14,743 nt of DNA from Elusimicrobiota bacterium (GTDB lineage Bacteria; Elusimicrobiota; Elusimicrobia; Elusimicrobiales; UBA9959): the NCBI GenBank assembly GCA_036574205.1, contig JAINCQ010000032.1:1-14743 (forward strand). The letters are read 5' to 3'. A program made the translations under genes and the position numbers. The notes beneath the pieces were generated by a model. It was not told where the DNA came from. It did not search any database and was given only the letters and a program-made list of their open reading frames with translations. Shown here in pieces: positions 9,176 to 14,743 of the stretch. Every line of letters begins with the position of its first letter. Position 1 is the first letter of the stretch.

Positions 9176-10643
9176 AAACTATCACATAAAATGAAACAAG
9201 ATAAAGAAGAGAAATTATATATTGATAATATTTTTTTGAAAAAAAACACACAAGAAGCAAAAAAAGCGCAAAAACTGAAAAAAGATTTGAAAAACCAAGA
9301 GATGATGTATAAGAAATTGAAACTATCATAAAAGAAAAAGCAAAAACAATCACAGAGATATTGTATACAAGATTTAGCGCAAGCGTTTCTATCTTATTTA
9401 AAATTGTCTCCGCAAAAGTTTCAAAAAAATAAAAGGCTATAAGAGGAAAAAATAAAACAAAGATATCAAAATTATCAGAATATCCATAATAAATCTTCAT
9501 AGAATTATAAGTCTGGCTAAATGAAAAATAAAAAATCAAAAAAATAGCCATAATTGGAATTTTAAGAACAGAAACATCTGTGTTATATTCGCCATTCTTG
9601 TTTAATAGGTTTTTATTAAAATCAAAAAACCAGTTAACCTCTTCAGTTTTCAAAGCTAAAAAAAGCAAAGGCAAACAAGAGGATAAAATAAACATTGAAT
9701 ACCTTTCGTAAGTAAAATCAATTGCAAAAACGAAGAAAACTTTTGAAATGAATTTAAAAATAACTGCAAGAATAAACATAATAACCACACGGTAAAATCC
9801 ATCAGCTTCTATTTTTAATGCAACATAAAAAACTATAAAAGAGATAAAATGAGACAGGAATATGAACATATTGTTATAATTTTTTATAAAAATGACAAGC
9901 GACAATAGGAAATATAAAACAATAAAAATAAAAACTTCCTTTATATTTTCGTATTTTATTTTAACAAAGTTTTTAAAAACACAACCTGCTACTTTTGAAA
10001 CTGCAAAAGCAAAAAAAAGCAAAACAATAGCGCTTACATCTCTCAGGCTTCCCCATTTCATAAATATTAAAACAGAAGACAAAAGAATAAGGGAAAAATA
10101 CGATAGGTTAAGAGGATAGGCAACTTTTTTAAACCGCAAAGATCCATAAAGATAAAAAACAAAAGATGAAAACACAATGCCAGAAAAAATTATTCCATAA
10201 TCAACAGTGTTAAAAAATCTTTTAAAAAGACCATAGAAAAAATAATTTAAAATGATATATAAGACCAATTTTGATATTAAAAAAATCTCTTTTATCTCTT
10301 CTGATTTTTGAGATGAGATTATAAAAGGATAAAATATAAAAGAAAGATAATAATTTAACGCAACATCAAAAAAAACAAAAAGAAAAGATAGGAGATTTCC
10401 ATAAATAAAATAAGTCAAAAATGATTTCTTTAGAAAAAATACAGCAAGATATAAAATTAAATGAATGACAAAGATAGGGATAAAACCAGTTGAATAAAGT
10501 TTATATAAGTCATCTAGCTCAATTCCCAATTTTTCCCTATAAGGCTCGTTTAATTCAGCTTTGTTTTTTTTGGAAAAAGACTCAATCCCAGAATACGCAA
10601 CAGCGCAAAGAATTATAAAAACGAATAAAAATATATAAAACAT
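9168..10643 (-). CDS. Multi-pass membrane protein (~16 hydrophobic segments); candidate catalytically inactive membrane-pyrophosphatase-like paralog
   Basis: Uninterrupted 491-codon ORF 22 nt after the hppA stop, overlapping the DUF218 gene by 8 nt. Phe/Ile/Leu-rich with short loops; by-eye similarity to mPPase helices (see findings). Confidence in the ORF is high; confidence in the family call is moderate. Confidence 0.65.
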   Translation of the reverse strand: MFYIFLFVFIILCAVAYSGIESFSKKNKAELNEPYREKLGIELDDLYKLYSTGFIPIFVIHLILYLAVFFLKKSFLTYFIYGNLLSFLFVFFDVALNYYLSFIFYPFIISSQKSEEIKEIFLISKLVLYIILNYFFYGLFKRFFNTVDYGIIFSGIVFSSFVFYLYGSLRFKKVAYPLNLSYFSLILLSSVLIFMKWGSLRDVSAIVLLFFAFAVSKVAGCVFKNFVKIKYENIKEVFIFIVLYFLLSLVIFIKNYNNMFIFLSHFISFIVFYVALKIEADGFYRVVIMFILAVIFKFISKVFFVFAIDFTYERYSMFILSSCLPLLFLALKTEEVNWFFDFNKNLLNKNGEYNTDVSVLKIPIMAIFLIFYFSFSQTYNSMKIYYGYSDNFDIFVLFFPLIAFYFFETFAETILNKIETLALNLVYNISVIVFAFSFMIVSISYTSSLGFSNLFSVFALFLLLVCFFSKKYYQYIISLLYLVSFYVIVYV

Positions 10644-10665
10644 TATTTCAGCGCCATTCTTAACG

Positions 10666-13032
10666 CTAATCCTGCTTTATTCTCATCCTATAAAAACTTC
10701 TCCAGACAAAAGAAACAGATAATATAAAGAACAGCATAAAAGCAATAAATTTTGCTTTATCTGAAAGTTCTATGGCAAGCTCCACTGCAAGAAGACCAAA
10801 AAGCGTTGTAAATTTTATTATCGGATTCATTGAAACAGATGCAGTATCTTTAAAAGGATCTCCAACAGTATCTCCAACAACGGTTGCCGCGTGAAGTTCA
10901 GTTCCTTTCATATTAAGCTCAGATTCAACTAATTTTTTAGCATTATCCCATGCCCCACCGGCATTTGCCATAAATATTGCCTGATAAAGTCCAAAAAGCG
11001 CTATTGATATAAGATAACCTATAAAAAAATAATGATTGAGACATGCAAAAGCCAGTGTGGCAAAAAATACTGCAAGGAATATATTGAACATTCCTTTTTG
11101 AGCATATTGAGTGCATATCTCAACTACTTTTTTAGAATCAGAGACGCTTGCCTTAGTAACACCATCAAGTTTAATATTATTTTTGATAAACTCTGTAGCT
11201 CTATAAGCTCCTGTGGTAACAGCCTGATTTGATGCACCACTAAACCAGTAAATCATAGCTCCACCTACAACAAGCCCTAACAAGAACATCGGATTTAATA
11301 TAGATAACCCCTCAATAGCGCTGGCCTCACCAAATTTTACTCTTAATACTTGTATTATAGAAAATATGAGCGTTGTTGCCCCGACAACTGCTGTTCCTAT
11401 TAATACAGGTTTGGCAGTAGCTTTGAAAGTATTTCCGGCACCGTCATTTTCTTCAAGATATGATTTTGAGTTAAAATCTGGCTCAAAACCAAATTCTTTT
11501 TTTATCTCATCTTTAATACCGCTAATAGTCTCTATAGTTGAAAGTTCAAAAATTGACTGTGCATTATCAGTCACAGGACCATAAGAGTCAACCGCAATAG
11601 TGACCGGTCCCATTCCAAGAAAACCAAAAGCAACAAGTCCAAAAGAAAAGATAGCGGGACTTATCATTATAATATCAAGACCAAGAGTGCTAACATAATA
11701 AGCCACACCCATCAAAAAAACTATTGCCATCCCGAGCCAATACGCCGAAAAATTTCCAGCTACGAACCCAGAAAGTATATTCAAAGACGCTCCACCCTCT
11801 CTGGATGCGTTTAAAATCTCCCTAACATGCTTTGATTTTGTAGATGTAAAGACTTTCACAAACTCCGGAATAATTGCGCCAGCAAGAGTTCCGCAGGTTA
11901 TAATAGTTGCAAGTTTATACCAATAAGTATTGTCTCCTCCAAGAACAGGTATAATAAGATAACTTAAAAAATAAGTCATCGCTATTGAAATAAAGGAAGT
12001 AAGCCACACAAGGAAGGTTAATGGAATTTCAAAATTAAGACGCTTCTCATTGCTATATTTCGCCTTAAAATAACCTCTTGTTATCCAATAAGAAATAATA
12101 CTTGTAATAATCATTGCAACACGCATAACAAAAATCCAGACCAATAATTGGACCTGTATAACCGGATCTTTAACTGCAAGAATTATAAAGGTAATAAGAG
12201 CAACTCCGGTAACACCATAAGTTTCAAATCCATCAGCGGTAGGGCCAACGGAATCACCGGCATTATCCCCCGTGCAATCTGCTATAACACCGGGGTTTCT
12301 TGCATCATCCTCTTTTATCTTAAAAATAATCTTCATTAAATCAGAACCAATATCTGCTATTTTTGTAAAAATTCCTCCTGCAATTCTCAACGCCGCAGCG
12401 CCTAAAGACTCACCTATAGCAAAACCGATAAAGCAAGGTCCAGAATATTCTCCTGGCACAAACAATAGTATAACCAGCATTATTATCAATTCAACACATA
12501 TCAAAAGCGTACCTATACTTATACCAGCTCTTAAAGGGATATCCATCGCCGGATATGGATATCCCTTTAAAACTGCAAAGGCTGTTCTTGAATTTGCATA
12601 AGTATTAATCCTCATTCCAAACCACGCTACACCATAAGAACCAAGTATTCCAATTATACTAAAAATAAGTATTATAAAAAGCTTGTCAATAGTAAATTGT
12701 AAGAGATAACCAAAATAAAAAAGTATTATAACCGCTATAAAAGCCCACAGTATTGCAAGGAATTTTCCCTGGGTTAAAAGATATGTTTTGCAGGTTTCAT
12801 AAATCAGCTCAGAAACCTCAAGCATTGACTTATGCACCGGTAAATTTTTTACCCTCGCAAAATGGAATATCCCAAAAGCCATTCCTAAAATGCATATTAC
12901 TATTCCCCAAATAAGAAGACTATATCCATTCAACGAGCCAAAAGAAACTGTTTTAAGATCCGGAATTATCAAATTGGCTTCACCAGCCCATATATTCGCT
13001 GTAAAAGAAACTAAAATCAACAATATTTTCAT
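10666..13032 (-). CDS. hppA: Membrane-bound ion-translocating pyrophosphatase (divergent clade)
   Basis: GGIFTKIADIGSDLMK, EDDARNPGVIADCTGDNAGD, DSYGPVTDNA, GNTFKATAK, NAGGAWDNAKK, VVGDTVGDPFKDT; SD AAGGAGG at 13043-13037. Confidence 0.96.
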   Translation of the reverse strand: MKILLILVSFTANIWAGEANLIIPDLKTVSFGSLNGYSLLIWGIVICILGMAFGIFHFARVKNLPVHKSMLEVSELIYETCKTYLLTQGKFLAILWAFIAVIILFYFGYLLQFTIDKLFIILIFSIIGILGSYGVAWFGMRINTYANSRTAFAVLKGYPYPAMDIPLRAGISIGTLLICVELIIMLVILLFVPGEYSGPCFIGFAIGESLGAAALRIAGGIFTKIADIGSDLMKIIFKIKEDDARNPGVIADCTGDNAGDSVGPTADGFETYGVTGVALITFIILAVKDPVIQVQLLVWIFVMRVAMIITSIISYWITRGYFKAKYSNEKRLNFEIPLTFLVWLTSFISIAMTYFLSYLIIPVLGGDNTYWYKLATIITCGTLAGAIIPEFVKVFTSTKSKHVREILNASREGGASLNILSGFVAGNFSAYWLGMAIVFLMGVAYYVSTLGLDIIMISPAIFSFGLVAFGFLGMGPVTIAVDSYGPVTDNAQSIFELSTIETISGIKDEIKKEFGFEPDFNSKSYLEENDGAGNTFKATAKPVLIGTAVVGATTLIFSIIQVLRVKFGEASAIEGLSILNPMFLLGLVVGGAMIYWFSGASNQAVTTGAYRATEFIKNNIKLDGVTKASVSDSKKVVEICTQYAQKGMFNIFLAVFFATLAFACLNHYFFIGYLISIALFGLYQAIFMANAGGAWDNAKKLVESELNMKGTELHAATVVGDTVGDPFKDTASVSMNPIIKFTTLFGLLAVELAIELSDKAKFIAFMLFFILSVSFVWRSFYRMRIKQD

Positions 13033-13071
13033 TATTCCTCCTTAAAAAATAAACATAAATCCTCTTGTTAA

Positions 13072-13100
13072 AATATACAAAAAAAAATCAACTTAGTCAA
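13072..13100 (-). promoter_or_regulatory. Sigma70-type promoter for hppA
   Basis: Minus strand TTGACT (13100-13095), 17 nt, TATATT (13077-13072), about 40 nt upstream of the ATG. Confidence 0.65.
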
Positions 13101-13116
13101 GAAAATGTAAGATATT

Positions 13117-13411
13117 GGTAATGTCAATAATTTTGTGTAATTTCATAAAAAAGGGTATCCTCCATTATATTCAAATTGTTGCCATATTTTTTATTCATTC
13201 TATAAAATATTGCATATATTCTCCTTTCTAAACTATCCCTATTTTGAAAACAACTCATTGTCCGTGTCCTTCTTCTTACTTCACGAAACACCCTCTCTAT
13301 TGCATTTGTAGTTCGTAAGTGCTTGGAAAATTCCTTAGGACATCTGTAAAAATTCAGTAACTCTTCTATATCTTCTTCTAAACATTTAATGGTGGTATTG
13401 AAATGATGCTT
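13117..13411 (-). mobile_element. IS256-family remnant: right terminal IR plus 3' end of transposase
   Basis: Minus-strand frame 13411-13124 reads ...IKCLEEDIEELLNFYRCPKEFSKHLRTTNAIERVFREVRRRTRTMSCFQN...EITQNY*, with the stop inside the IR GGTAATGTCAATAATTTTGTGTAATTT (13117-13143). The frame is closed upstream by TAA at 13414-13412 and the 5' part is missing; homology probably begins near 13395. Confidence 0.9.
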
Positions 13412-13521
13412 TTATATATGCAAAGAAGCAAGAAAAAAAGGTGCTTTTTGGAGACAAAAATTATGATCTAACCATCAAAGATTTCGTAGACATTCAATTT
13501 TGAATTAATATGATGGATTAA

Positions 13522-14124
13522 TTAAATTATATCCAAAAAGAGAGGCGCCTTTAAAATTTTAATCAAACAGATGTGACATAATTTAAAAAAAATTATAATT
13601 TCAACAATTAATACTCCAGTTAATCCTCTATATTCTTTATTTTTTATGAAAAATTCTTTAGAGTAGTTTTCTCTTTTGAAAATTTCTTTGATATTTTTTA
13701 AACTTTTTAAATTGGGCAAAATTGCGGGGACATTTTTACAATAATGTATATATTCTTCTCCAAATTTTGATAGCAAAAATTTTTCTTCTGCCTTTATGGT
13801 TTTATAATAAATTACAGAAAAAACGAAGATCACAACAGCCCACAAAAACAGGGTAAAACAGAAATGGGAAACAGAACAAATCTGAATCAGAGTTCCAAAA
13901 GCTATTAAAGAAGTGCCAAGATACAGAGGATTTCTTGTTACTGAATATATACCCCTGGTAGCAAGAATACGATTTTTCTTTATAGCGGCTGAAGCAATCA
14001 ATCTTATAAATTCTCCAATAAAGACAAAAACAATGCCAAAGAAAAATAAAGTAAATGAATCCGGTTTAGCCATAATTAAAACAATTGCAACAGTGATGTT
14101 GGATATTAAAATTCTCTTTTTCAT
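13522..14124 (-). CDS. Isoprenylcysteine carboxylmethyltransferase / PEMT-family membrane methyltransferase
   Basis: GEFIRLIA, LATRGIYSVTRNPLYLG, EEKFLLSKFGEEYIHYCKNVP; several TM segments. Confidence 0.88.
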   Translation of the reverse strand: MKKRILISNITVAIVLIMAKPDSFTLFFFGIVFVFIGEFIRLIASAAIKKNRILATRGIYSVTRNPLYLGTSLIAFGTLIQICSVSHFCFTLFLWAVVIFVFSVIYYKTIKAEEKFLLSKFGEEYIHYCKNVPAILPNLKSLKNIKEIFKRENYSKEFFIKNKEYRGLTGVLIVEIIIFFKLCHICLIKILKAPLFLDII

Positions 14125-14248
14125 TTATAATATTATATAAAATTTTTACCAATCTTAAATCTTTTATCACAAAATCAGCTTTGATATCACACTTTTTAAT
14201 CTGGCTTTTTGCCTGTCCTTCCCTCTTATGATCTTGCACTCCTTTAAG

Positions 14249-14270
14249 AAAATTCCTAAGGAGGAATTTT
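14249..14270. repeat. Perfect 9-bp hairpin (possible weak terminator or protein-binding site)
   Basis: AAAATTCCT-AAGG-AGGAATTTT. Confidence 0.4.
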
Positions 14271-14367
14271 ATCATTTCCCAGACAATTTATTTTGATCTA
14301 ACCAGTTATTTTTAGAGACATTTTTTATGAGCTAAGGTAGTGTATAATATTTTGTGTAATTTTTATA

Positions 14368-14396
14368 TTGACAAGATAATAAAAAAGGGCTATTCT
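14368..14396 (+). promoter_or_regulatory. Resident transposase promoter
   Basis: TTGACA (14368-14373), 17 nt, TATTCT (14391-14396). Confidence 0.7.
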
Positions 14397-14440
14397 CCTT
14401 ATATAGAAACAAAAACTACAAAAAAAGGAGGAATAGCCTT

Positions 14441-14743
14441 ATGAATAGTATAACAAAAATAGAGGAGATAGAGAAGGGGAAATTAGCGAGGGAGTGGCTT
14501 AAGGGTTTAGATGATGAATTTGATAAGGAACTGAGGCGTAAGACGGTGACAGGGTTAAAGAAGCTAATAGAAACTAGTCTTGAGGTGGAGGTTGTGGATT
14601 TAATAGGTAGTGATAGATGGGAGCACAATCCCAATAGGAAGACATATCGTAATGGCTATTATCAGCGTAATTTACTTACGAGCATGGGGTATATAGCGGG
14701 GATAAATGTTCCCCGTGTAAGGGAAGGCAGGATAAATTGGAAG
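14441..14743 (+). CDS. IS256-family (Mutator-type) transposase, N-terminal 101 codons
   Basis: Not in the ORF track; hand translation MNSITKIEE...LIETSLEVEVVDLIGSDRWEHNPNRKTYRNGYYQRNLLTSMGYIAGINVPRVREG shows the IS256 RNGY..R.L.T..G.I...VPR.R motif; SD AAGGAGG at 14425-14431. Confidence 0.93.
   Translation, partial: MNSITKIEEIEKGKLAREWLKGLDDEFDKELRRKTVTGLKKLIETSLEVEVVDLIGSDRWEHNPNRKTYRNGYYQRNLLTSMGYIAGINVPRVREGRINWK

Larger units (their letters stand above)
14336..14743 (+). mobile_element. IS256-family insertion sequence, left end (continues beyond window)
   Basis: Left IR GGTAGTGTATAATATTTTGTGTAATTT (14336-14362), 22/27 identical to the IR at 13117, followed by a promoter, SD and transposase ORF. 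Confidence 0.92.

Noticed and set aside
9892..12601. Plus-strand ORFs 9892-10119, 11032-11232, 11366-11584, 12148-12339, 12272-12601
   Set aside because: Antisense to the 491-aa gene and hppA; no independent coding signal.
13033..13071. Riboswitch (e.g. fluoride) in the hppA leader, or preQ1 riboswitch before queC
   Set aside because: The hppA leader is too short and lacks the consensus; queC has no intergenic leader.
13098..13127. Hybrid promoter made from the IS outward TTGACA and host sequence driving hppA
   Set aside because: Hexamers at 16-18 nt spacing are TTTTCT, TTTCTT and TTCTTG, none a credible -10.
13395..13510. Plus-strand fragment KEARKKGAFWRQKL resembling a thermonuclease C-terminus
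   Set aside because: Too short and interrupted by stops; cannot be supported without a search.
13913..14140. 75-aa plus-strand ORF
   Set aside because: Antisense to the ICMT-family gene.
14066..14275. 69-aa minus-strand ORF as an intact gene
   Set aside because: Overlaps the ICMT gene out of frame by 59 nt and has no family-length match; at most a gene remnant (see findings).
13109..14335. Target-site duplication shared by the two visible IS ends
   Set aside because: The flanks AAGATATT (13109-13116) and TGAGCTAA (14328-14335) do not match in either orientation, and the ends belong to different copies.
14416..14634. 72-aa minus-strand ORF
   Set aside because: Antisense shadow of the IS256 transposase.
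1..14743. CRISPR array, tRNA or rRNA genes
   Set aside because: No regularly spaced repeats or recognisable structural RNA sequence seen.

Overview
Low-GC bacterial window in which every host gene lies on the minus strand. In transcription order (right to left) it holds an ICMT/PEMT-family membrane methyltransferase gene between two IS256-family pieces: a 3' remnant on - and the 5' part of an element on + that runs off the window. Next comes a probable operon of a divergent membrane pyrophosphatase (hppA), a 491-aa ~16-TM protein and a YdcF/DUF218 gene. A tightly packed sucC-sucD-corA-rimO-comB-like-queC-queE run follows, then a DtxR/MntR-feoA-feoB metal-uptake unit with a candidate operator. 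The most interesting observation is the 491-aa protein directly downstream of hppA. By eye it looks like a membrane-pyrophosphatase scaffold that has lost its catalytic acidic loops, i.e. a possible pseudoenzyme partner. All alignments were made by eye; no database searches were run.
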